DNA from: the human T2T-CHM13v2.0 reference genome, Homo sapiens
Assembly (NCBI RefSeq): GCF_009914755.1
Contig: NC_060945.1
Reading direction: 5' to 3' (one strand)
Length of the DNA stretch: 64,000 nt
In this document: in pieces, positions 1-14,546 of the stretch
Position numbering within the stretch: the stretch's first letter is position 1
Layout of the letters: each line of letters starts with the position of its first letter
Notes under the pieces: model-generated
What the model was told of the DNA's origin: nothing
What the model saw: the letters and a program-made list of their open reading frames with translations, nothing else
Databases searched by the model: none
Program-made: the position numbers and the translations under genes

Positions 1-447
1 GCAAATGGAATGCACAGTAAACTTAACTTGTAGCTCGGATAAAAACATAAAAGTACTTCCCTTTTGAAATCCTGTTTCGGGGGCTGGAGGCTCCAGAAGG
101 TGCATAGAAGAGGGAAAAATGTGTGCCTCTAGGCAGAAAGTGAATGTGTTCACCAGCTAAGACTAAGGATATACTGAAGAAATATGCAGGTACCTGGAAT
201 GGCTAAGAAACAGGCATCAGAAGGAGACTCAGGATGGCTTTAGGAAAGAAAAGCTAAAAGTGGTTTCAAAACCAAAGGGAATCTAAGAGACACGTGTGTG
301 ACAAAGGACAGTAGCAGAAGTGGTGTGGGCAGGCCCAGGAGAAGGGAGAAGTATTCCCTGCATCCTTCTCTGGTGGCTGAATAACCAGGGGCCTCCAGGG
401 AGGGCTGGGGGCAGAGCAGAACTCTTGGTCATAACATGCCTGTTACA
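1..447 (+). mobile_element. Probable 3' part of an ancient LTR (MamGypLTR1-like), truncated by the window edge
   Basis: Purine-rich segment ending GGGCCTCCAGGGAGGGCTGGGGG...GAACTCTTGGTCATAACATGCCTGTTACA, resembling my recollection of the MamGypLTR1 terminus; ends in CA. Family call from memory only. Confidence 0.4.
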
Positions 448-693
448 AAGCCAGTTTAGTAATTCCTATTAAGTAAATTTTGTCCTATTATATTTTTTTT
501 CCAAAAGTATTGAGTTAGGAGTGCTTACAAAGGGGAAGTCCTAAACCATATCGAGCTTGTCCTCATAACATGCCTCTTACAAAGCCAGTTTGGTAATTCC
601 TATTAAGTAAATTTTGTCCTAATTTTTTTTTCCAAAAGTATTGAGTTAGGAGTGCTTACAAAGGGGAAGTCCTAAACCATGACAAGCTTGTCC
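429..693 (+). repeat. Tandem duplication, 2 x ~134 bp
   Basis: 429-562 and 563-693 both start TCATAACATGCC and end AGCTTGTCC; they differ by about 5 substitutions plus a small indel in the T-tract. Confidence 0.97.
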
Positions 694-1678
694 TCCAGGG
701 GCCTGAGGTCAGGAGGTCAGATATCCGTATCTTTTTCTTTTCCCATGTATGGCCATCACATTCCAAAAGTCAATATAATAGAGTAACAAGAGAAAATCTG
801 AATCTTTGCCTGGAAATAATTCAGATCTCTAGTTTTTCTCCAAATTCTTAAGTTTAAATCTCTCAAACAATAAAACAATGCAATGAGTCATATGGAACCC
901 TTTATTAAACTCTGACAAATCAAATCATCAATCCATTTTAAATTCCACACTTTTCAACTTTGAAGTAATTAAAATATTCCCTTGAGATGAAAGATTTGAA
1001 AACATAATTCAATAGGAAACTTGTGACAGAAAAAAAGGATCTGTTTTATAGATTAGGTGATTGCTGAAAACAGTTTTCTAAAATTATTGCATATGCATTT
1101 ATTTGGAATTGTTGCGTCTTGGAATCACAAAGTGGGGTGGCCCAAAAAAATCTGTCTAAATGTGAAGATCAGCATTCTAAATAGCCCTACTTTGAGAGTA
1201 AATGAGATTGGCACATCAACACTCAATAACTATAACATGGATTGCAAAATACTGAAAGACAGAAAAGAAAAACCCTCTGGAAATGCTATCTTCCACCACC
1301 CTCTCCTACACATATACAGACAAGATGTTTTCCATTTTTTTTAAATACAGGAAACATTTGTGGGACAAATGTAGAATAGGAAGAATTGAATCAGGCTCCG
1401 AAGTCAGCTAAACTTGAAATAAATCAGAATTTAAGGTCACAGATACCTTTGCCCTGTTTCTTCCTGTCTGCTTGTCATTTCTCAAAGCCTAATACAAAAA
1501 CTACAGCCTTCCATGACCTTTACTTCTTCTGAATTGCAATTTTATTGATTGTTGGAACCAATCATTGTTTCCTTTTATTGATAGACATTTTAATTCATAT
1601 ACATATATGTTTTGGAGAAAAGAAGATAAATGTCTTCAAACATTGGGTCTGGATTTCCCATATTAAAACTAGATTGAC

Positions 1679-1979
<301 letters not shown>

Positions 1980-3226
1980 CACACTAGATTGACTTCTGTT
2001 ATTATTCGAAAGAACTCAATTCAAATAGTAAGAGAAGATTAGATTAAATAACGCATTTTAAATGAAAGACTGTGGCTGAAATGATTGACAAGAATCAATC
2101 ACATGTCAATTCATGCAGCCAGTCTGTTAAGGTGTCTCTTTGTACATGACAGAATTCCTCCCTAGCAACTATTGGGACTAAAATCAGTTTCAAGATGGCC
2201 ACTGTCTTCCCCTCAAAGCTTTATTGTCAAGAGTTTGACCACAGCTCATGTGTGTACTCTACTGTTGAGATTTCATATCCCAGGGAAACCCAGATTCAAT
2301 ATTGAAGAAACTTTCTCAGAAAGGCAGAGTTGAACCCAGTATGTGTTATAAAACAAGCTTCCAAGCTGCCAACCTTCCCTTGGCTAAATGTTCTTACATA
2401 ACTGTGGGTTTATGACTTGACACCATCTCATTCTATGCTCTCTAGACAATTGGAATAAAGCAGGGAAAATTACGTCAGACAAAACCATATGATGTACTTA
2501 CTTCATATGTCATAGTGTTAAAGTAGACATCCCACTCTAAATGGACTCTTCAGAGCAGCCTGGAACATCACCACCTCCCCTTCATTATACTGTGCAGTGC
2601 ACCATTATTATTAAGCCAGTTTGTTCTCTTTGCCTCCCTTCCTGTTTCCCTCCCTCCCTTTTCGTGAAGCAAAATTATACACGTAACACTTTCACAAATG
2701 TTAAAAACAGAGCTATGGGTTTTGTGATTTTTCTGGCATTGCTTCATACCACCAATCATTCCTTCTCTCCAAACTTGATGAAATCATAATGATTCATAAG
2801 CTTTGGTTGGAATGGTTGTATGATATACTCTTGTAGAGGCAATAAGCCTATTACATTACTCAGATAAATCGGTTTAAAAATAATAGAATAGTTGCACCCT
2901 TAAGTAAATCTAATGTGTCAGAGGCTCATACAAAATTTTGGTCATATTTGACATAATTAAAATTAAGCCAGCATGAATGCATTGAGCTTAAGAAGTAACA
3001 GTCTCTCTGTCCCTGGAGGTGAACAAGAAGAATTAGATGAGGAATCTATCAAGCCTGTTTTGAATAAGAGGTGACACTCTAAACTTGGCATCCTCAAATT
3101 TCATGAAGCCCAGATTCTAACACAGAGAATAAAACAACTAGAAAGAAAGATTGAAAGGTGAGAAATCCGAAGTAAAATAATTTAATTTTAAGGGGTCAGA
3201 TTAAAAAAATGCATATCAAAGGATCA

Positions 3227-3584
<358 letters not shown>

Positions 3585-3905
3585 TTATATTCTGAGGTGA
3601 AAGAAAACTTAGAAGTTACATAATTCAGTCCTTACATTGCACAGATAGAAAACTCAAGCAAGGCAAACACAATGTCTTACCTGAGGACATCAGTTATGAG
3701 TAAGAACAGAGATGCAACCCAGAGCATGCCAATCCCAGTATAATTCACTCTCTACCACATGAAGGAAGATTCCCACACATCGATAAAGTTTTCCAAACAT
3801 CATGGACAGATGGCACAGTTATAGAAAGGTAATGATTATTCAGTTTCATGAATGCTATCAGCATCTTTCTATTTAATTGGAAATGTCCTAAAATTTATTA
3901 ATTAA

Positions 3906-4334
<429 letters not shown>

Positions 4335-5620
4335 TGAACACCATTTTTTGTCATCCACCAAAAAGTGAAACAGAAAAACATGTTGTTTTCACTATGTCGA
4401 GATGGTGCCACCAACAAAAGGAATCACAATTCCGGTTTCTTCCTAACAACACTCAGTGTCTACTGTTGATTATTCATTACTTGGCACAAAAGAAACATGC
4501 AACATTTCTTCTCACTCTCAAGAATAAATAGCTTTGAGCAGAGAACACAGTGTATCGTACAAAATGTCACTACATTCTAACTGGAAACCATGTGATCCCG
4601 ACATTTGCTGCTGTCCCATCGTCTCTTTGCTAGTGCCATGTCCAAAATTTACAATCTGCGGAGAATATTTAGAGTCCAGAAATTTATTCCAGTGACACTC
4701 TGGTGGTGAGATTCTAGAGTTCTCACAAAACGAAATTTGTCATCATTGGAAAGCTTGCCAGCACCCAGAATGCAAGTATCCATGCAACTATGAGAAGGAA
4801 CATAGGGTTGGTCATAGGGCAGCAAGGACAAGATCCTAGGAATGTAAGAACTACAAAAATAAACGAAACCCATAATCTATCTGCCTACATACCACCCTTC
4901 TCACTGTAGCACCAAATAGAGTAAGAGAATTGTGAATAAGGAGATGAGTAAACTTGGCACAAGTAAACATTTGATTCTTGCCCTTCTCACTGCTTGATGC
5001 CCAGGCCAGTTGGCCAAGCTCAGAAATATTTCCTTCTGCACCTACCATTTTGCCCATCTTTTGTTCCTTTTCCTACAGAGCAGCAGATCTCCTTGTTAGG
5101 AGAAGGAATTCCCTTAGGAGACTTCATCTGAAAACACAAGTGGCTTGGGGTGACGCTTAGCATGCTCACCCAGCCAGAGGCATTTTATATCTTAAAATGA
5201 GAACTTGTTGATCTATAGGAATGAATTGCTAATGCTGAGATTTTGGCTGCACATCTTGGGGTTCAAAAGGCCTCTCAGCACTTTGTAAATTTTGTTAGAT
5301 GAGCTTCCACTCTTAGCTCTAGCGTGGAGCCAAAAAGTAGAAATCTCACGACTTTAGATTCAGGACACTGTGGGGCTGGTTCTGGTTCCTCAGAGTGAAA
5401 GTCAAGCAAATCACCACCTCTCCTTCATTTAAGAAATAAGATTCATCTAAGAAATAAGATTTAGAATACCTACCTGAAAACCCATTCTTGGAGATTGTTA
5501 GGCTAATATGTATGTATTTTTAAAACATTAAAGTTATCAAAAATTATTATTTTTTTCACGGATGTCAATCATAAGACAAATACCTCCTAATGATTCCAGC
5601 TTTTCAGAGGATTCTTCTAA

Positions 5621-5784
5621 AGTCGGTGTTGGCAAACTTTTTTCTGCAAAAATCACTTTGGATTTGCAGACTAGTCTCTGTAAACTATAAAACTTCTGTT
5701 GTAAGGAGAAAGCAGCCATAGGCAATATGTAATGGAATAAGCTTGGCTACATTTGGCCCACAGGTCCTAGATTGCCAATCCCTG
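5621..5784. mobile_element. MER58A-like hAT-Charlie MITE
   Basis: GTTGGCAAACTTTTT start, AAAGCAGCCATAG core, TTGCCAATCCCTG end. Confidence 0.75.
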
Positions 5785-7569
5785 ATCTGTAGAACAAACT
5801 ACCAAAATAGGGATATACATTCATTAGAACTACGGAGCAGCTGAGACATCTATTTTGAAACTAGTCATTCATTTTTTCCACCTATTAGAACAAAAAATAT
5901 ACCTCCCAGTACCTGTTTCCTTGACTTAACCCTAGCTACCACACAAACTGGTTGCCCAACAAGCAGCCCATAAAACAAACAGTACAAATAATATATATTC
6001 TTAAATGAATGCCATATATTCTCCACCCCATGATCCTACAAGATTGCTGGCAGGCTCGAGTGGTGCCAAAATGCCCGTGGTAGACCTGCTGGAGAAATGG
6101 CTTCCTCATTGACTCCCTTCGCATCCTCTCTCAGGTTCAGTGCCCTCATAGATTTGGACAAAGTGTGATAGAATTGGTTGTCATAGTAGCTGAGTGTTTC
6201 TCCAGATTTTCTCTGGAAGCGTAAGCCAGGATTCTCAGGAGTGCTGTTTGTTTCCTTGACTTGGGAGGAGGGATTTTCCCTCCCTCATGCCTAGGCATCA
6301 GTCTGCACACCCCCAGGCTTACGCACAGCATCCAACATGTGGGTGAAAGGAGGCTGAGAGTGGGAGGACATGGAATCTGAGCAATGAACTGTGTCGCCTC
6401 GAGCTGCTCTCTTTGTTGGCATTCAGTGGGAAGGCTGATGCTAGGAGGGGCAACTTCATCAAAATATTGCATGCTCCTCTAAGGGCAGGGGCAGGGGCTA
6501 TATCCCTAGGAGCTAGGTTAGTGACTGGCTCAATACATATTTGCTGAATGAATGAATAATGGAAAGAAGCAATCAATCAATCAATGAACAAATGCAGGAA
6601 TAGTCCAGACTCAGAGAGACAGTGAGTTGAATACCTTGAAGGGCATTTTTGTTATGCATAGGCATGATTTTTGACAGACTAATTCAACACATCTGCTTGT
6701 TGGTTTGCTGTTTGGGAATGAGATTTTGAAAAAGGCTGAGTATAAGAGATAGTATGAATTATACTCTCTTTCTGTGATTATTCTCTCTGTGATTGCACTA
6801 TTAACCCAAGCCAATAAATAGTAACCTTCTAATTTATTCATTATTCCTACTGTTGAAATTATGACAAGACTCCAACATAACAGCTTCTCTCTATCATCAT
6901 TTTGGACAAGCTGAACATTCTTTAGAAGCATATGGGTATGTGAGTGTGGGCCTGTGGTGCGTGGTGTTGGGGAAGGATCCTGGAGGCCTGGAAAAAGTAA
7001 TACTCTCAAACTCAAAAAGCAAATTGCACCTATTTCAGCAAATTGGAAATTGATGGTGTGTAACTCTGAAGGCCCAGCAGTAGCTATTATTTCCATCCAG
7101 GCTATTATTAACTGGTAATATTTTCTCTAGTAAACATTCAATTACTATAGCAACAGGAGCCATGTCACATGGACCAAAAAGCTCCCTGACTTTGCCAGAG
7201 AAATGGATGGTGTTTCGAAGGCATTTTAGAAAATGGAAAGAGGCCTGCCAAAGACGATATTTTTTAAGTACTACACTGAATTTTTACTTGAGATAAAAGA
7301 AAGAAGAAAACTCTGATAAAGTGGAAACTGAAGACTTCTTATAACCCCTGCTTCTATATACTGTATCTAGTGTCTTCCCAGCAAGCATAGAAGTTCCTTT
7401 CCTCCCATCTAAGCCAAATGCTCCACTGTGTTCTCAGTGAGATCCCATGCCTCCATTGCAGGTACTGATTCACAATGCCAAGTATGACTTCTAAATCCTC
7501 TAGCTTCAATTTCTTCCCCCTCTACATCTCCCCAACAATACACATCTGTATTGATATGCAGCATGCATA

Positions 7570-7870
7570 TAAACAAATAAACAAATCATAAGAATACATA
7601 CAGCTCAATAAACTATTTCAAAGTAAACGCACCTATGTAACCAGTACATGGTTAAAAAATTGAGTGTGACAACACACAGAAAGTCTTCCTATAGCCTATA
7701 TAATAGTCTTCTCACACTAAAGGAAACCACTATGAATTAGTTTTCTTTGTGTATGAAATGTATATAAATAGACTTGTATAGTCTGTACTTAGTCTAGCTT
7801 CATCCATCCAAAGATTTAGTCAATAGAATCATCCATGTCATTGCACGCAATAGAAGGCAGTTGTTTCATT
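7570..7870 (-). mobile_element. Old L1 (L1ME-like) 3' fragment
   Basis: Degenerate match to reverse L1M 3' UTR (CACCTATGTAACCA..., ATCCATGTCATTGCA...TTCATTGCTGTG). Confidence 0.55.
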
Positions 7871-7872
7871 GC

Positions 7873-8040
7873 TGTGTTAGCTTCCTAGGGCTTCTGTCAT
7901 AGTTCTGCAAACTGAGTGGCTTACAAAACAGAGATGTATTTTCTTACAGTTCTAAACCTTCAATTACCATATCAACAGGAGTCACCTTGGTAGCTAGAGG
8001 TCTGAGATCAGGCTGTCAGCAGAGTGGGTTTCTTCTGAGG
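7873..8040 (-). mobile_element. MLT1 LTR fragment
   Basis: TGTGTTAGCTTCCTAGGGCT...AAACTGAGTGGCTTA...TCTGAGATCAGGCTGTCAGCAG...TTCTTCTGAGG. Confidence 0.7.
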
Positions 8041-8442
8041 GGTAATGATGTTAAGAGCACTACATGATCAACTTTTCTAAAGTCTCCATGTCCCAGTTTT
8101 CCCATCTCTAAAATTGGAGATCATAATATCTCCTCAGCAGATAGCTTTGCAACTGCTTTTAGGAGTAAATGAGATTATCCGTGTCTGGCACACATTAATA
8201 AAACAAATAATTATTGTTGCTGTTATTATGTTGTCATTACAATTTTTTAACAAGGCCCCATCTCAGGTACCAAATGCAAAATACCAGCAGTTTATAAGAA
8301 GCCAATTATAAAGTGCTGAAATTAAAAATCACATTGCAGTATCACGGAAAACAATAATCCTTAAGTTGTAGGCCACAAGCAAACACTAAATGTTTTTGTT
8401 CCTTTTTATATCAACCTGTCCTTTAAGAAAAAGGCTAAGAAC

Positions 8443-8806
<364 letters not shown>

Positions 8807-9461
8807 TTATTATGTTGCTTTCGCAACTGAAGAAACTGGGTCACATGGAAGTTCAGTGATTTGAGTGTCAATTTGGAGTCTGTGGAAGATCAGCTGCTAC
8901 TAGAATCCATTCTTTCCCTACAAGTGTGGTTCACAGATCTAAAGTAAACTGACTTTACTCCTTTCTTTGATGATTATACACAGCTTGATTGGAAAGTTAC
9001 ACTATAATTTCACAGTGATTACATGCCCTTGAATATCATTTTGTAAGTAAATGTTTTGAAACCAAACATAATCACTGTTATACAACCATAACCCTTTTTC
9101 TTATGCCATATTCTCCACCAAGAATTTAACCAAGCTAAAGTTACACTTCAGACTCTGAGTAGCTGGCTCTGGGCTCTACTCTGTGTTTCTGGAACTCCAA
9201 TTCCACTGGGCTATCTGGAGATGAATTACTGCTCTTTGGCTTCGGGGATAACCTTTATCCTTTCAACTGCAGGGCACGTACACAAAAAGCTGCACTGTGC
9301 TGTCAACATGAGTGCTGTCAAATATAGTATGTTAAGATGAATCAGAACAGAGGCTTTGCGTAGTAAGACATTCAAAAGTGAAATAGCCTATCCAGACGCC
9401 TGGAAACATACTCCTACAATCTGGACATCATGAAGCTCCTCCTCTCTTTTAAGAAATTTCC

Positions 9462-9700
9462 TCCAGCCTGGGCGACATAGCAAGAATGTCTACAAAAAAA
9501 CAAACAAACAAAATCAGCCAGGCATGGTGGTACATGTCTGTACTCCCAGCTACTTGGGGGGCTGAGGCAGGAGCATCACTTGAGCCCAGGAGTTCGAGCT
9601 TACAGTAAGTCATCATCACGAGCCATGGCACTTCAGCCTGGGAGACAGAGTCTCACTCTGTCTCAAAAAATAAATAAGTAAAAATAAATAAATAAATAAA
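9462..9700 (+). mobile_element. 5'-truncated AluJ
   Basis: GCATCACTTGAGCCCAGGAGTTCGAG in the right arm (J-type); flanks AAATTTCCT/AAACTTCCT as probable TSD. Confidence 0.88.
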
Positions 9701-11901
9701 CTTCCTAATTGCTTGGCCAGTTTGTCTCCAGAAACTCCAGAAAGTTGTCTCCAAATTCAAGTGTTCTCCACTCTAGGTTAGTAACTCAGAGATACCCCTA
9801 CCTAGTAACTCTTGAGGGCAGCTCATAACCTTGGCATTCCTTAGTTCTCTATTTGACCAATAAAGCAATAAACCACAGTATTAATTCCCTTTTTCTAGAT
9901 TATCTACAGTTCCTGCATTTTCAAATCTGTTGAAATTTTTATAAAGAATGATAAAAATTTGCCCATGTATAGACCTATTCCCACTCTCATCTCAGGGCCA
10001 TGATTTCCTTGTGGCACCCTCTCGTACCCAATTCTAACCTGTCTTGGAGGGTCAATCACGGTGTTTGCTTTTATAGACCAGGAATGGATGTGTAAACCAC
10101 AATAAATTAATCAGAGTCTTTTGGGATTTGGGAATTTGGAGAAGAACAGAAGCTCTGGTAAAAACACAACTTAATTATTTTAACTGCTATTAACTAAACA
10201 GATCTTTCAATCTGAATTTCCCGGAGCTAGCCTGGTTCCTAGCCTCTTTCAAACCATAATCTCCAGATTTCCCGTCTGTGACCTATTTAGTACTCTGCAG
10301 TAATCAGTTGTGTTACTTTTATCTAAATAAATTGGATCAATACTGAGTCTCTCTCTTTTTCCCTGAAATGTCTGTAAGCACAGCTAGGAAGAAGTTTTTA
10401 CACCACCACCAAGTGCTACTCTACGTAAGTTCCCTCAGTACATAGAGACATTTATACAAATTAGATCCTAAGAACAGACTTCAGGGCCTATGGCTTATCA
10501 TGTTGCAATGAATTCTAATAACAACCTCCAATAATGACTGCTACGTTTTAGAAAAAGAACTGCGTATCAAACAAATCTATCTGCAGATCAACATATAAAC
10601 TCAGAACATATCTGCATCCATATTCCTTTATGCATTGAGTCACTCAGTCTGGATACCTGAGGACTTTAAGTACTTAACAATGGTGAGAATGTGTTTTTCC
10701 CTCATAAGTAAGTCACAATAAAATGCGATTTACTTTTAACATAACTAGCCAGAAACTTAACTCTTAAATGGAGAAATCATCATATTGGGGTTTTGGTGGT
10801 TTTACCTTTGTTCTTTCTGGGGAAAATTCTAGGCTATGAGTTTTTTCTGATATGTGAACTGTGGATGGGGTATACAGTCTGGCAGAAAAGGTCAAATATG
10901 GGTCTTCTCTTGGTATTACTGGTTATTACCCAATTTTTAGGGTCTCCTTCTCTTGTACACTGCAGGAAAAGAGGACCACAGGTATGTTTTTGTTGTTAGC
11001 ATCATAAATTCTTAAATTTGGAAAGGACTACAAAAGTCATGTTATTCTATAAGTCAAGCCATATTGCAATCTTGAGTTTTATTCAAAGTCAAGTTATTTT
11101 GTTCTTCATCGTACATCATAAGCTATATTTATGTCTAAGGTGAAAACTGAGCCAATTAATCAGGTAATATAGGCCTAAAACACAGGTCAAGGAAATACTC
11201 AAAAAGTAAGAGTGATGGGAGCTTTCAGGAATTATGGAGATGACTTCAAATCTTCATTTTACAAAGCACATCAGGGATCACATGCAGAACACAGTAAGTG
11301 AACTGGCCATGTCCTGTCTGAAGTAGGACATAAAGAAAGATGAACAACCAATGTCAGTGGGATGCCATTTGTGTTGTCATTTGTAACAATTAAAACATCA
11401 AGATTTAGCTACAGCTTGTCACTTAACTTAGCATGGACCCCTGTGTCACCTTTTAAATATTTAAGCATAAATTTTACAAAATATAATGGACAAGCCTATG
11501 AGACTGAGTAAATTATTTTTTTCCTCTACATCCAACAGTTTATGGATTTAGTTTAGAAAAAACTGAATAGACTGCTGACAATACTTTATCACTAAAACTT
11601 GTAATATGTTCATGCATTTATTAGAAGTTAAGATTTATATCAGATTAACCTTTGTTTGCCTTTTAGATTGTTTTATCTAACAGGGCTTTAAATTTATGAA
11701 TTCACTTGTATGTTATATTTTATAAGTATATTATTTCTATATCATATTCTTGCATTTTAAATTGTCTTTGAACTAATATTTCTACTTTAATTTTCTTGCG
11801 AATATGATCTAAAGAAGGCATTTAAGGAATTGAAGAAAATATGTCAGAAAGTGCTAACCAAACCATTAAGAAAATTTTATTAGATCAACAGTAGAGACCA
11901 C

Positions 11902-12651
11902 TGTAAAAACTGACAATATAAATTGGAGTTATCTTGCCATACCCTACTAAATTGGAGTTAAGAGGCCAGGGGAGAAAAAAACATTCGGGGCACAAAGCAC
12001 CCGCCCAAAGACTGTCTCTAAAGCCAGCTGCCAAAATGACCTGCTATAACCTTAAAATAAGTTTTACCTTGTAGCTGCTAAAATGAACTGCCATGAATCT
12101 AAGGCTAGTTTTTTTTTTTTGTTATTTCATTTTGTTTTTAATTTTTACTTTTTAATACTGAATTTTTGTGGGTACATATAGTAGCATATATGTTTATGGG
12201 GTACATGAGATGCTCTGATAAAAGCATGCAATGCATAAGAGTCACATCATGGAGAATGAGGCATCCATCCCCTCAAACATTTATCCTTTGTGTTACAAAT
12301 CAGCCAATTATATATACTCTTTTAGTAATTTTTAAGTGCACAATTATGACTAACTGTAGTTACCCTATTGTGTTAGGAAGAATGAATAAGATTTAAGACT
12401 CGTTTTAGCCAGTCACCATTTACACTCTCACTCACCAGTTTGCCAGCTCCCAAAACCTTCTCTAGTGCCAATTAGTTTTCTTTCAAAACAATACACATTT
12501 TTTTCTAATAAAACCCCCAGTCTTTTCCTTGTTCTTCAAACACAGAGAACATCACCCCAGTCTATATGTATGCCTCAAATTGCAATTCTGTTTTCCCAAA
12601 TTAAATCTTTTGTTTAGAGATTCATCTTTATACTTTTATTTGACTCTTTCA
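11902..12651 (+). mobile_element. 5' LTR of the provirus, interrupted by an L1
   Basis: Aligns with 19498-19967 once 12109-12393 is removed. Confidence 0.9.
12109..12393 (-). mobile_element. L1MA-type 3' end with a short 5' inversion
   Basis: T-rich tail, GTGGGTACATATAGTAG..CATCATGGAGAATG..; TSD TAAGGCTAGTTTT / TAAGACTCGTTTT. Confidence 0.88.
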
Positions 12652-12874
12652 TACTTGACGTTAGAAGCAGAGTCTGAAGTAGACTCACCTCAGAGAGATT
12701 AGTAAGCCCTGGAACTGGGTCACATGGTACCCACACTCTGGCCCCTTCCGCCTCCCCACTGCTTCCTCAGGGTACCCCTTTCCCCCCAGTGAGTCTCTCT
12801 TGCATCAAACTCTCATTTTTCTTTCGGTTGAGTTCTTCACGGATTTGTTTAAGAGTCTTTCCCCCATCCTATCT

Positions 12875-12985
12875 ATGAGGCCTTCTGCTTATGAGGGATT
12901 TTCTACCTGCTGGACATAAGGCCTCCTGTTTATGAGGGATTTTGTCCATCCTGGTTATGAGGTCTTCTGTTTAGGAGGGATTATA
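12875..12985 (+). repeat. Three degenerate ~40-bp tandem units in the ERV leader
   Basis: Unit approximately TATGAGGCCTTCTG(C/T)TTATGAGGGATTTT..., seen three times. Confidence 0.8.
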
Positions 12986-13741
12986 TTCCCCTCCTGTTAA
13001 AGAAAGCTTGTCTTTCCTGATGAGTACAAACTTTATCTTTCAGTTCATTTGCGCGCTCGGATTTTATTTTGGCTTTGTGTAGTTGGCATTAAACTGAATC
13101 ACCTAAATGAGTTTATTTACAGTTTGGGCTCTCAAGGTTGAAACGCATGGCAAGATAGATTCCCCGTTCTGGAACTCCAGCTGGTGACATGTTATGGGGA
13201 TTATTCAAACAGTTTGTTTTTCTTAGAAATAAACTAAAAGACCATTGCTATAAAATCATACAGTCCAAACAGGGCACATATCTCATTCGGTATCTTAAGG
13301 CTCCAAAATGCATTCAGGACTCAAAGATTACCTTGCTGCAAAATGCTGTCTCAAAGCTAAGTGAGGCTCTTTCCTCCCCAGGCCCTTTCCCTCTCCTTCT
13401 ATACCTCCTCCTCTTTCTCCTTCTCTAAGCTAAACTCTCTTTTTTTCTGAAACTCCTCAGCTATTCTGGCATATTGACTAAGTTAAGTCTGTTGAAAAGT
13501 AGTAGATACCAAAAAAAATTATTTTGACCTTCATGCTGTTTCTTAAAAGCAAAAGATGAAATTCCCAAGTAAAGATACCCTCTCTATACTAGAAAGAAAG
13601 GTGACACTCTTATCTTCAAAAACAAGGAATTGAAACCAAGAGAACACTGTACAGACTTTGTCAGTAAAACTCTTATCTTTTAAGTCTCCTCATGTAATTC
13701 AGTCACATTTTTACAATTAACTGTTCTTTGTCCAACCCAGC

Positions 13742-14094
13742 TGTATTAGTCTGTTCTCATGCTGCTAATAAAGACATATCCAAGACTGGGTAGTTATAAA
13801 GGAAAGAGGTTTAATTGACTCACAGTTCTACATAGCTGGGGAGGCCTCAGGAAACTTACAATCCTGGTGGAAGGGAAAGCAAACACATCCTTCATGTGGC
13901 AGCAGCAAGGAGAAGTGCAGAGCAAAAAGGGAAAAGCCATCAGATCTCCTGAGAACTCACTATCATGAGAACAGGACGGGGAGAACCACCCCCCATGAAT
14001 CAATTATCTCTACCTGGCCCCTGCCACAACACATGGGGATTATGGGAACTATAATTCAAGATGAGATTAGGGTGGACACAGCAAAACCATATCA
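13742..14094 (-). mobile_element. THE1 (B/C-like) solo LTR
   Basis: TGTATTAGTCTGTTCTCATGCTGCTAATAAAGAC...AAACCATATCA; 5-bp TSD CCAGC/CTAGC. Confidence 0.93.
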
Positions 14095-14289
14095 CTAGCC
14101 TTCATAGGCTTATTAGGACAAATAAAAAATCTGAAAGTTTAGCTTTATTCATTTTGTCAGAACTATAATTTGGCTCCAACTGTCTTCATATAAGCTAATA
14201 AATTTCTAATACTATATTTTACTCATTACTAATTTTTTTAATGAAAACTGTCATTTCTTCACCTGTATGTTTTTACAATTTTTAAATTA

Positions 14290-14360
14290 TATAGAAAGAT
14301 AGATGATAGATAGATAGATAGACAGATAGATAATAGATGGATAGACAGAGAGATAGATGA
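14290..14360 (+). repeat. (GATA)n microsatellite, imperfect
   Basis: Direct reading. Confidence 0.92.
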
Positions 14361-14546
14361 CATTTTATTACCAAATTATTTCAAAGAGCTCTATTAAAGG
14401 GAAAAATAAGTCCTTAAATGAAGTACATTAGAAATATAAAAATTAACCCAAATGTCTTTTAGGTCATATGATATAAGTAAATTTTTGATAAACATGCTGA
14501 TTTTAAATATATTGATAAAATTAAAATGAAGATTTCTAAGAATTCT

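Noticed and set aside
4560-4873. Peptides vaguely like WD40, class C GPCR or kinase motifs (FVRTLESHHQSV; LDSKYSPQIVNFG)
   Set aside because: Different frames, key residues missing, no splice or processed-pseudogene structure.
6611-7096. Longest ORF in the track (161 aa, minus strand)
   Set aside because: No recognisable domain or coding-like composition; length is compatible with chance.
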